From a virus: a stretch of 64,000 nucleotides of DNA. The translations under genes and the position numbers were made by a program. Location of the stretch: positions 1 to 64,000 of the IMG/VR virus record IMGVR_UViG_3300049617_000207; one strand, given 5' to 3'. Of this stretch, positions 17,701-24,842 are shown one piece after another. The notes beneath the pieces were generated by a model. It saw only the letters and a program-made list of their open reading frames with translations. It did no database searches and was not told where the DNA came from. The first letter of the stretch is position 1. Every line of letters starts with the position of its first letter.

Positions 17701-18630
17701 GTCGGCAGCCTTCGCGACCGGCTTCTTCACGAACGGGCTAAGGTCGACGGTCTCCGAGGTGCCGTATTTGTCGTGGGTGATAATCCCGTCGAAGCCGTCC
17801 TTGACGATAGCCGCAGAGAGCGCCTTGCCCGTCTTGCCGTAGTGCGCGGCGAGCACGCTCTTCCAATTCGTCGCGTGCCCGTACTCGCCGCCGAACGGCA
17901 TCACGATAGGCGATTTGAAGTGCGCCGTGCCCGTCTCGTAGTTGCGCTCCTTAAACCACGCGTCGTCTTCTTGCATGTTCGTGCGCTCGGAGAGGTAGCG
18001 CCCGTGCGGCTCGATGTCCTGGCCGAAGCCGCCGGTGTTCTTGGGCGCCTTCTCGGTGTTGCGCATGTACGGGAACGCCGTCGGCGCGCCGTGTTTGTAG
18101 CCGCCGCCGTCGGTTCCCTTAAACGCGTCGTCGCTCGGAAAATAGCCCTGCTCGTGGATCGAGTCGGCGTTCCCGAACAGGTGCCGCGCCTTGACCTTCT
18201 TCGAGGCTATCGTGTATTCGCCGTTAAGCGCAGACTCGCCGTGCATTTTCGCGTAGTCGCGATTTATCGTCACCCAATCGTTCGGGTTTATCTCGGCCTT
18301 GACTCCTTTCGGCAGCGCGCGGTAAGCCGTCACCATCGCATCCGGGTTCCCGCGCACGCTCTGCAGCACGCGCAACGTGTTGCGGTCGAGCGCGTCGTCG
18401 CCGGTCCCGTAATACTGCATCGCGTCTTTGGAATAAATGTCGGGGATCGCCGTGTCGAGGTCGTGTAACGGCGCGGCGCCGCCGTCCTGCTTCATCGGGC
18501 GATGTTGCCCGGCGTACGAGGTCGGCTCACCACCGCCGCCGCCCGCACCCGCCGTCCACTTCCCGCCATCATCACGGTCTTCGCCCGAGACGTCGTGCTC
18601 GCGGCCCTTCATGATGTCGGCGAGGCTCAT
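11728..18630 (-). CDS. polyvalent head-cargo polyprotein (~2300 aa): three ART-like domains, papain/transglutaminase-like, GNAT, two ParB/Srx-like, Zn-ribbon, HExxH metallopeptidase
   Basis: Start re-called at ATG 18630 (ATGA overlap with MuF stop); motifs VTAYRA..WVT..YA..HG, GFDGII, CHQN..TGYA..HSW, VDPAYRRKGVA, LYRG, EGNHR/EGSHR, HEYCH. Confidence 0.8.
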   Translation of the reverse strand: MSLADIMKGREHDVSGEDRDDGGKWTAGAGGGGGEPTSYAGQHRPMKQDGGAAPLHDLDTAIPDIYSKDAMQYYGTGDDALDRNTLRVLQSVRGNPDAMVTAYRALPKGVKAEINPNDWVTINRDYAKMHGESALNGEYTIASKKVKARHLFGNADSIHEQGYFPSDDAFKGTDGGGYKHGAPTAFPYMRNTEKAPKNTGGFGQDIEPHGRYLSERTNMQEDDAWFKERNYETGTAHFKSPIVMPFGGEYGHATNWKSVLAAHYGKTGKALSAAIVKDGFDGIITHDKYGTSETVDLSPFVKKPVAKAADEARDADGKWTAGGGGAGAAHAGFEAMSAREVARFTRQGDTKGAPIPNVPPNRAKNLAALRDKILDHGGHAVYISQDPKDPDNTMILRDGAYHSGASAVQITGQFGHNNCHQNSAIAHLDDPEKNKLFTGYAADESGLWVRHSWIERDGVIQETTTPRAKYFGVAMTPAQTELYLALRNAGGGTSYLKGAAQLPHPIAGKVYQAEMAARGKGPGTPLADLPKPEDAPTEKALTLADIMKGHEHDVSGETRDEGGKWTTGGAGGGKHLPDGAKISSPCDGTYVATIGEPVKTKFGVTPPKEIARVNLSDDKSYVTSVTVDPAYRRKGVASALYDHIESELGSKLKPSPTHRTPEGNKLWESRTGASAAGNGPAGDGFAAGSEDVKPDDPGGVEIRPDGWKAGNDAVGEMTRPGHLYRGMTSDEFEAHKKAGFIQSSGAYSDKSEGTCFDDNAPSAEGYANYGRDDPRVTGKPTYMIEIKHDPEQTPQDKRDYYYKAPKPIGLDKVTRAWKMHARGGAVVAHKIHDAEPETEKALTLADIMKGHVHDVSGEPRDEGGKWTSPGGDWQTSYPADKGAVSLVPLAHLKRIAGNDTGEDSSEARIKSIMDSVSKEGLREPVEVSVDPDHADGPAQAVSEGNHRVEALRRLGYTHAPAFGQRASLSNNDTQPLSLPDGVKAEDVGSTGFFSPASVGVPSDSDGVAIARHETEKALTLADIMKVRDAVGHEHGADGRFGNTGGGAKAATASKTGIPEGVTVKLGKGPRGGVVYNFNVKGSASGTAIVTNGVLTWINPARDMDAHAIKAAIERETGEPLGWGAHEPVPEKPKVAEPPPKTGLEDKDEATVAAAGKYPRIHVGDVVDGREVGETIANFESIGASLDNYELVPGIREVPMSAFGDVSRPPSFYSKSEKERTEALAAAIADSKQLDPMIVVQAHDGPYVLEGSHRFNALRLLGATSFPAKVVVDLDEPDETEKALTLADIMKVVDDDGNKHGDDGRFTSGGGGAKADKPPRIVARYDLRTDEEKKGEGNDSTEPRECDRCGKLHHVVYEVEPGGLVGSGCAQKLLAGHGMDMATSKKMVSDADRAHKAKLAAPKHLKNIDREIAHREEHLDEISAPDYLTPDYSRRGTTPRRPASKEDIALARESLAGQKHMRRLWEVYRDAPLDVIAGFDPKLTRFATDYSGGVQNEYHDLWKPAHEAMAWKPEEKDTEKMATPLSRVHAAATRALAKSFAQVRPGDAIHVAPHIAAGMAMPTDAGRALRTDTSLLGGHVVTYHSAGSGAVASVSAEHVSHVQEPEGTDEGNGHVRIVPLTVGDPEGSAVVVCPKCGVTGTIEPQKDNAGLHTVKGALGHGDRIFSDRASATEAVRNHYAAAPTMRKVRDEVGHDHGNDGRFVSQGGGGAAAGDDDDEPEPAAAPAAAGPSVKRTTDDDGVVHLDVGDSGDASVQRVDQSLYCKFKAYYASNESALHDVFSALSKEAKKKQGAVRLNIDGFTNKRELDAAITIFGKPTRCNDTAYGDDGMGRLENGWATEFQFEAPASTAKPKSDKPKRNDREMSRARAPMNPIEYSPIARFFGETIPPVTYGGHDTWTPAADGLHRWDSDEALASVPADRLKDYITLLQSNVGYSVSLTEGTLNNSDATPQSRGAARAQSPNMYYESARLQKIKNLADDDARRDYIRKTRHIAARIAEIKPKTVAEAVKKLGSVHNAAFDRVVAREAMMFIHNTNLIDEGEDAFPLWGGAGRLGAQEGYTGVHGLSMAEIEHVDKTLTDTFGPMTRSGMGTTLSFHHMKEGTPYGGFAFPQTGLVTVGVGLWNKGSFNGHDWSDRTLIHEYCHAMSRSSLGKEMKAFNKWMRAKVKGTTTEPNVKIVHNADGTGHAMRSIRAFITDHAYNSKDFERPAPGDNYDTLQGDYQEDWAIGLSEIVLDNAGSVTDETGYPTKWGEFNRGLAQVRKETAAKLAELFGVKRTATDPLLHDASGATVAMPTTSAYTA
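14761..14800. repeat. ~40-bp coding repeat for ETEKALTLADIMK (copies near 8706, 9207, 9654, 15556, 16084, 16986, 18607)
   Basis: CTTCATGATGTCSGCGAGCGTGAGCGCCTTCTCGGTCTCG almost identical at 14761, 15556 and 16084. Confidence 0.9.
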
Positions 18631-19541
18631 CGCGGCACGTCGTACCGGCTGCTCACGTCGAGCGGGTCGCCGACTTTGTACGGAAGCCAGGCACAACGGC
18701 ATTGCGGGTGCAGAGGAATTGTCGCAACCCAGGCAGTTTGTTTAATACCGTAGTTACTGCGCCCGATAAGATCGGCCACGCGATAGACCTTACCGTCGAT
18801 AAGTTCGAGACAACGGTCGCAACATTTATCATCGTGTGCCGACGACCCTATTGTTAGCTCTAAGCCCGCGTCCTCGAATTCGCGCAGCCGTCCGACGCTT
18901 TCGGCGCGCGACGTTTCCGTGATCGCGATGCGTCCCCACGCCGTTTCGCGGTCCTTTAGCTCGTTCTCGATCCGGCGCGAGATGACTTTTGGGTTCTCCC
19001 CGTTTTGCATGCCGTCGATGAGCATGCGCCGCAGGTCGGCCTTGAGGTCGTTAAACGAGTCGTCGATTTCGTTAAAGGTCGTATGTTCGAGGAATCGTAT
19101 CGCGCGCCCATCGGTAGGCAGGAGCGGCCGGTGCAACGGTTTCGCGAGCGCCTCGCTCGCAAGCATTTGCCCAAGCGCGTACGCGCGCATGGGATGCGTC
19201 GCTAACTCGAAAAACGCGTGCCGCCGCCATTCCTCGATGGGCTCGTCCATTTGCCAAGGGTCTATCCCCTCCCACGATTCATGTTTGTCGAAGAGTTGGT
19301 TCACAAGTTCGGTGACGCTCGCGAACGCGCGCTTCTGCCCGGCCGTGAGCGCGTCGTAAAACGCCTTCTCTTGTCGGCCGATTTCAGGATCGCCGTGGTT
19401 GCCGGGGAATTTCCCCTCGGCCTTCGCGAGCGTGCGCTCGGGGTAGCCCCATATCCGCTGCATGGTTTTCGCGAGCGCGCGCGGGTTGGGCGAGCCCGTA
19501 AGGACGCAGAGCGCAAATTCCGCTTCGAGGGCGGCGTGCAA
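18627..19541 (-). CDS. MuF/SPP1 gp7-like minor head protein
   Basis: RIAITETSRA, CDRC..LIDGK, PLHPQCRC. Confidence 0.88.
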   Translation of the reverse strand: MHAALEAEFALCVLTGSPNPRALAKTMQRIWGYPERTLAKAEGKFPGNHGDPEIGRQEKAFYDALTAGQKRAFASVTELVNQLFDKHESWEGIDPWQMDEPIEEWRRHAFFELATHPMRAYALGQMLASEALAKPLHRPLLPTDGRAIRFLEHTTFNEIDDSFNDLKADLRRMLIDGMQNGENPKVISRRIENELKDRETAWGRIAITETSRAESVGRLREFEDAGLELTIGSSAHDDKCCDRCLELIDGKVYRVADLIGRSNYGIKQTAWVATIPLHPQCRCAWLPYKVGDPLDVSSRYDVPR

Positions 19542-19550
19542 GGCGGCCCG

Positions 19551-19919
19551 CTAGGGCTGGAAGCCGTCGACGGAGGGCGTCGCGAGCGGCGCGGCCGTGA
19601 TCGTTGCGGGTACGCCGGAGAGCGCCAGCGTGTCGCCCGTCTTCGAGGTGAGCTTATACTGCGTTGGCTTCCCGGCGATGCCTGCGATGCTCGGAAGCAA
19701 GCCCGGCGGCCCTTGCGCGAGGATGCGGGCGTCCGCGGCGGGATCGTGGATGCGGGCAACGATGGTGAAGCCGGAGACGAACGAGCCGGGGGCGCCTTCG
19801 AGGACGCCCGGCTCGTGTTCGAGCACGAGCCCGACGACGACGTCGTTGATGTTCGCGAGCGCGGTGCCGTTCTTGGACAGGGCGCCGGTCGTGAGGTTGA
19901 GGGCGTACGCGTCTGCCAT
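19551..19919 (-). CDS. hypothetical protein
   Basis: GGAGG RBS; late-like motif at 19976. Confidence 0.65.
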   Translation of the reverse strand: MADAYALNLTTGALSKNGTALANINDVVVGLVLEHEPGVLEGAPGSFVSGFTIVARIHDPAADARILAQGPPGLLPSIAGIAGKPTQYKLTSKTGDTLALSGVPATITAAPLATPSVDGFQP

Positions 19920-19995
19920 GTTGCCTCCGTGCTGCTGGCTTGGTCCGGCTCCTTTCCCCGCTACACCGCGGGCGGCCCGCTAGACTTCCGAACAC

Positions 19996-20051
19996 GAAAA
20001 AGGACCCCTTACGGGGTCCTCGGGCTTTGGTTCCGGTCGCGTTGCCAACAC
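19996..20051 (-). ncRNA. putative small antisense RNA to the adjacent tRNA
   Basis: TTGCGC-N18-TATAAT promoter (20085-20056); 5' part complementary to the tRNA D/anticodon arm; AGGACCCC-GTAA-GGGGTCCT-TTTT terminator. Confidence 0.6.
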
Positions 20052-20099
20052 GCGCATTATACCCGAGGACACCGTAAAGGCGCAAGCCCCTTGCCTGCT

Positions 20100-20168
20100 T
20101 GGAGCGGACGGGGATCGAACCCGTACAGTCATGTTGGCAACACGACCGGGCTACCAAGCCACCGCCCC
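20100..20168 (-). tRNA. atypical tRNA: GCC (Gly) anticodon, Ala-type acceptor stem, short D arm, no encoded CCA
   Basis: Manual fold GGGGCGG/CCGCTCC-A; GCT-TGGT-AGC; GTCGTG-TTGCCAA-CATGAC; ACGGG-TTCGATC-CCCGT. Confidence 0.75.
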
Positions 20169-20194
20169 ATCCTTATTTGTTTCGACGCGAGCGA

Positions 20195-22084
20195 CTAACC
20201 CCCCGCCATCTTTGAGAGCGCCCGCGCGAGCCGCTGCACTTCGTTGACGGCCTTGGCGACGGCGGCCGGTGAGCCCGGCTTCGTATCGGCGCCGGGCGGC
20301 TTGGGTGGCCCAGGCGGCGCGTTATCCTCCTGGCCGGGCACGCCCGGCTTCTCCGGCGGCTTGGGCGGCTCGCCCGGCTTCGGCGCCCCTGGCGCACCCG
20401 GTGCCCCGCCGGGGGGCGCCTGCGACGGATCGGCGGGCGGCGGGATGTTGGGCAGGTCCTCGACCTTCACGAGCCCGGCGCCGGACATCACGAGCGTATC
20501 CCCACCGGCCACGGGCGGGAGCTTCTCTTCCTTGCGGCCTTCGTTCACCGTCATGATCCCGCCGGAGATGAGCGCGGTGATCCGCCCGGCGCGGTCGATA
20601 AGGTCGTCGTCGGACTGATCCTCGAATTCGAGCTTCACGTCGCCGAACGGGAAGCACGCGACCGTGTGACCGTCGAGTGAGTTGACGTCCTCGGGGTCGG
20701 TGCGCAGCCACATTTTCCCGCGCAGGACGCCGCCGTTGAGTTGCTCGGCGAGTCCCTTTATCATCGAGTTGACGCCGCGGCTCTGTGTGAGTCCAGACTG
20801 ATTCTCCGCGGTCGCCTTGGCTTTAATGTCTTCGGTGAATCCGATGTCGCCCAGGCCCAGGCCGTACGCCGCGCATTTACGGTTGGCCCAATACTTGAGC
20901 TTTTCGATAGTGGGCGAGTCCTTGTCGCCGCTGCTTTGGATCGGCATGAAGCCCTTGACGCCGTCTTTGTTCGCGACGAAGATGACGCGGTGCTGGCCGC
21001 TGCTTACGCGTTCGTCCCACGCGCGCTCGACCGAGAGCTTCTCGCCCGGCCCGACGTTCGGCCCGAGGTCGAAGATGCCGTAGGGCATGTTATTGTTTGC
21101 GAACCCGTCGAGCAGGTAGGCGTCGCCATAGAGCGAGCCGACCATTTGCTCGACGAGCGATTCGAGCGGCGACTTCCCATAGCCGTCGTTTTGCGGATTG
21201 ATCGAGAGGTACGTTAGCTCGTCGCGGTTATAGAACGCGCGGACCTTGGAGTCGACGCTCCAATCGTAGCCGACGTTTGGGGGCGAGGGCATGTTGCGGT
21301 CTTTGGCGCGGTAGAGCGTTATCTGTTCGCCCGGCAGGTTATAGATTTCGCCGAGCTTCCCATCGAGTGTCGGGTTCTTCACGAGGACGGCCGCATCGTA
21401 GAGCGTGAGGTCGTCGATGAGCAGGTCGAGGAGCGAGCGCAGCGTGGTTTGCGTTGGGTTCGGGCGCATGAGCAGGGCGTTGACGGGTGCGACATGCGAG
21501 AGCGCAATCGCTTCGTGGGCGGCGACCACGTTCTCGAAGAATCCGCGAATCTCGGGTGCCCGGCTCGGGTCTTCGCCGCCTTTGATGACCTCGCGCAGTT
21601 TATCTTTCAGCACGCCCGCGGCTTTATGGTAAATGTCCAGGCTCATCGCCTGCGGGACGAATTCAAGGTCGAGCCCCGGCAGCGCCAGGTTCACGAGCAC
21701 TTTCTTTTCCCATTGGTCGAGGTCGGCTTTAACGGTGTCGAGGTCCGGCACGATTTTCCAGGCCATATCGCCGATAGCCATGCGGATCGTGCGCCGGATC
21801 GCCATGATGATGTCGTCGCGTTCGGCGAGGCTCTTGAGCGTTTGCATCGTAATCGCGGAGTCGCGGCGCTGCGGACTCTCGGCGATGCCACGCTGCTGCA
21901 GGGCGATGAGCGGTTGCAAGCCTTGATCGTGCTGGCCCTTGCGCGGCTCGATGCGACTTGGCCCCGAGGCTTTGGCGAGGAACGAGCCGACGCGCTTGGC
22001 GATACCTCCGGCGGTACGCGGGCGCGTCACCGGCACGAGCGCGCGCACCGCGCGGGGCTCGACGTAGATCGGGTCTAGGTCCAT
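20195..22084 (-). CDS. portal protein
   Basis: LLMRPNP, GYGKSPLE, PYGI, GIMTVNEGR..LPPVAGGD; start uncertain (ORF open to 22276). Confidence 0.88.
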   Translation of the reverse strand: MDLDPIYVEPRAVRALVPVTRPRTAGGIAKRVGSFLAKASGPSRIEPRKGQHDQGLQPLIALQQRGIAESPQRRDSAITMQTLKSLAERDDIIMAIRRTIRMAIGDMAWKIVPDLDTVKADLDQWEKKVLVNLALPGLDLEFVPQAMSLDIYHKAAGVLKDKLREVIKGGEDPSRAPEIRGFFENVVAAHEAIALSHVAPVNALLMRPNPTQTTLRSLLDLLIDDLTLYDAAVLVKNPTLDGKLGEIYNLPGEQITLYRAKDRNMPSPPNVGYDWSVDSKVRAFYNRDELTYLSINPQNDGYGKSPLESLVEQMVGSLYGDAYLLDGFANNNMPYGIFDLGPNVGPGEKLSVERAWDERVSSGQHRVIFVANKDGVKGFMPIQSSGDKDSPTIEKLKYWANRKCAAYGLGLGDIGFTEDIKAKATAENQSGLTQSRGVNSMIKGLAEQLNGGVLRGKMWLRTDPEDVNSLDGHTVACFPFGDVKLEFEDQSDDDLIDRAGRITALISGGIMTVNEGRKEEKLPPVAGGDTLVMSGAGLVKVEDLPNIPPPADPSQAPPGGAPGAPGAPKPGEPPKPPEKPGVPGQEDNAPPGPPKPPGADTKPGSPAAVAKAVNEVQRLARALSKMAGG

Positions 22085-22291
22085 GCAGGTCCGCGGTCCC
22101 TTCCTTGGGTGCTGCCAGGTTCGCCTTTTGGCCCGCTTCTTCCGTTCGCCCGCCGGGCGGGGAACACCTCCGCGCAGAAAATAATGCGAAGAGGTGCCCC
22201 GAACCATTGACTTTATGACGCGGGCGGCGTATTGTAGCGGGAGAGGTCGCCCATAAGCGGCGGCCCACCCCGACAAAAGGAAACGAACATC

Positions 22292-23239
22292 ATGGGCGCA
22301 GTCCCCGAAAACATGGTCTCAGTCGACCTCACCGGCAACGGCCAAGCTCCGTGGCATGGCATCGGCACGGTCGTCGCCGAAGCCCTCACCGCCGAAAAAG
22401 CCCTCGAATTGAGCGGCCTCGATTGGGAAGTTAAGCTGAACCCCGTCTACGACGGCGACATGAAGCCCATCGACGGCTTCTTCGCAACGACCCGCTCGGA
22501 CAACGGCGCAGTCCTCGGGATCGTCGGAAAGAAATACCGCGTCATTAACAACGTGACCGGCTTCTCGATGGTCGACACGATCCTCGGCGACGACTCGGCG
22601 AAAATCCACACCGCAGGCGACCTCTTCGGCGGCAAGACGGTCTTCATTCTCGCGAAGCTCCCCGAAGACGTCAAAGTCGCAGGCGATACCATCTCGACCT
22701 ACTTCCTCTTGACCAACACCCACGACGGGTCGGGTGCGCTGAAGTGCATCACGACGCCGGTGCGCGTGGTCTGCCAAAACACGCTCAACTTCGCGATTGG
22801 CGGCGCGAAGCGCACGTTCTCCGTGCGCCACACGACGAGCTACGAAGAGCAGTTGTCGACGGCGCGCACGGTGCTCGGCATCACGCGTTCGTACTACACG
22901 AGCTTCGTGCAGTTGGCCGAAAACCTGGCAGCGCAAGCCTTCACGAAGGCCGCCTTCGAGGACCTCTGCAAGTCGCTCTTGCCGGTGCCCACAGACGAAG
23001 GCCGCGGTCGCACGACGGCGATGGCCGAGCACGAGAAGCTCATGATCGCCTACAACGTCGATAACCTCGACAACATCCGCGGCACGAAGCTCGGCGCATT
23101 GAACGCAGTCGCCGACTACGCGGACCACGCCCGGCGCCTGGTCGGCGTGCCCGCGGTACGCCGCGACAACGCCTACGCCCGCACGTTCACCGGCACCGAC
23201 CTCAAGGATCGCGCCCTTGAGATTCTGACGGGGGTCTAG
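22292..23239 (+). CDS. DUF932 family protein
   Basis: PWHGIG, GLDWEV, LTNTHDGS, TPVRVVCQNTL, RHT; promoter TTGACT-N17-TATTGT at 22207. Confidence 0.88.
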   Translation: MGAVPENMVSVDLTGNGQAPWHGIGTVVAEALTAEKALELSGLDWEVKLNPVYDGDMKPIDGFFATTRSDNGAVLGIVGKKYRVINNVTGFSMVDTILGDDSAKIHTAGDLFGGKTVFILAKLPEDVKVAGDTISTYFLLTNTHDGSGALKCITTPVRVVCQNTLNFAIGGAKRTFSVRHTTSYEEQLSTARTVLGITRSYYTSFVQLAENLAAQAFTKAAFEDLCKSLLPVPTDEGRGRTTAMAEHEKLMIAYNVDNLDNIRGTKLGALNAVADYADHARRLVGVPAVRRDNAYARTFTGTDLKDRALEILTGV

Positions 23240-23323
23240 GCGCCACGGCAGGACTTCCGGGGGCCGGTGTGCGACTTCGCACAACACGGCCCTCGGAGCC
23301 CTTTCCAACGCGCAAGGAAGCCC

Positions 23324-23620
23324 ATGATGAATCCACAGGATCGGACCCAGGACCGGAGCGCCGTGCGAGACTCGTTAGAGTTTCGTTTTATGCTGCCATG
23401 CCACGACCAGGACGTCGTCTTCGCCGCGCCGTTCGTCGCCTACGACGACGGCGGTGCCGACTACGAGACCGCCGAGGCCACGTTCGTTTGCGAGACGTGC
23501 AAGCGTCTGTACCTGGCAACTAACGTCGGACGCGTCGCGCACATGAACCTGCGCGACGGCGAGCCCGAGGCCGCCCAATTCACCAAGCTCCGTGACCGTA
23601 TCACGGGGAAGAGGCACTAA
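23324..23620 (+). CDS. hypothetical CxxC protein
   Basis: AAGGAAG RBS; abuts csrA. Confidence 0.55.
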   Translation: MMNPQDRTQDRSAVRDSLEFRFMLPCHDQDVVFAAPFVAYDDGGADYETAEATFVCETCKRLYLATNVGRVAHMNLRDGEPEAAQFTKLRDRITGKRH

Positions 23621-23812
23621 ATGCTCGTTCTCACGCGTAAGCTCAACGAATCCATTCGGATCGGCGACGACGTCACTATCACCATCGTCGAGGTCGACCG
23701 CGACACCGTGCGCATCGGCATCGACGCGCCGCGGGCGGTGAAGGTGCATCGCAGCGAGGTGTACGATGAGATAGCGACGGGCGAGCCTCGCAAGCGAGCG
23801 CGCGCGACCTAG
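23621..23812 (+). CDS. csrA: carbon storage regulator CsrA/RsmA
   Basis: [23 protein letters not shown]...[17 protein letters not shown]. Confidence 0.95.
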   Translation: MLVLTRKLNESIRIGDDVTITIVEVDRDTVRIGIDAPRAVKVHRSEVYDEIATGEPRKRARAT

Positions 23813-23838
23813 CTTTCCCGGTTTGCACGGAGGCAAGC

Positions 23839-24243
23839 ATGCAAGCAGACCTCTTCGACACCGAGCCGCCCGAGCCGCAGAAGGCGAGCCGGGAGCCTGC
23901 GCCGGTAAAGCCGCCGGTGCGCCGTCCGAGTCCGTGCCCGTATTGCGGAGCGCGGATTCTGCGCGCTATCGCAGACCAAGGCCACCCTATGAACGTCGAG
24001 GGTGCGCCGCGCGGCCCGTACGTCGTCGACGGCGTGAGCGCGCTAGAACGCCCGCTGCTCCGGCTCGTCAACGGCGCGGGCGAGGTCTTGCGGTGCGGCG
24101 GGCAGGTGCTACGTCGCGCACGCCCCGATGAACCTCGGTATCAGTCTCACTTCGCGACGTGCCCCAAGGCCGCGACCTGGAACCCGCGCGGCGCCTGCGA
24201 TCCGCTGCAACGCGCGTGGCTCGCCGAGCGCGCGGACGAGTGA
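23839..24243 (+). CDS. hypothetical Zn-finger protein
   Basis: CPYCGARI...SHFATCP; GGAGG RBS. Confidence 0.65.
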   Translation: MQADLFDTEPPEPQKASREPAPVKPPVRRPSPCPYCGARILRAIADQGHPMNVEGAPRGPYVVDGVSALERPLLRLVNGAGEVLRCGGQVLRRARPDEPRYQSHFATCPKAATWNPRGACDPLQRAWLAERADE

Positions 24244-24510
24244 GCCGCCCGGAGTATCCGGGCTCGCCCCGCTGCGCAACCTGCGGTCATGCCGACCTCC
24301 GGCACGTCGACCGCTACGGTGGCGAAGTAGCGGAGTGCCTCGGCTGCCGCCAGGGCCAAAAGCGCCACGCGTTCACCGCCGCGAGGCTCGCGGGAGGCGC
24401 GCTCACACCCGCGGAAGAGCGGGCCGCCTACGAGGCCGCAATGTCAGAATCGAACAAACACTAACAGGTGTGAAGTATCGAGCAGGTAGTTACGAGGTGC
24501 GCATTTAGTC

Positions 24511-24540
24511 TTGACTTTCCAGCGCGCACGGAAGTATAAT
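24511..24540 (+). promoter_or_regulatory. repeated sigma70-like phage promoter
   Basis: TTGACT-ttccagcgcgcacggaag-TATAAT; related copies at 11702, 27429, 28876, 47926, 48554, 49789, 52205, 52499, 56441, 62816, 63182. Confidence 0.8.
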
Positions 24541-24842
24541 AGGGAGACGCCCTCCTCTTCCGCTCCGCGGGCGTTCCCGCGGTTAAAGACTTGTTCGATG
24601 TCTCTCATGTTTGCGTTCATGCCCCACGACGCGCCGCTCGTCGCCTGCCTCTATACGGAGGCGCTCCAGGCCGCGCAGGGCGACCCGCTGCAGGCCGCGC
24701 AAGACCTCGTGCGCACGGCTCGCAGCCGCAACGACGGCGAGCTTGGCGTGCAAACCTTTTGGCTCGTCGACGAGGCGGTTGAAGCTATCGGCACGGCGCT
24801 GCGCGAGGTGGCCCGCCGCGGCGCCGCGGCTGCGGCGGCGTA

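Noticed and set aside
18631-18702. ORF-track N-terminal extension of the polyprotein (similar extensions at 1891-2115, 49137-49442, 51036-51572, 59358-59984)
   Set aside because: Coupled stop/start overlaps and motif onset support the shorter starts.
20100-20168. tmRNA or attP interpretation of the tRNA-like element
   Set aside because: It has a complete anticodon arm within 69 nt and no tag reading frame; no integrase nearby.
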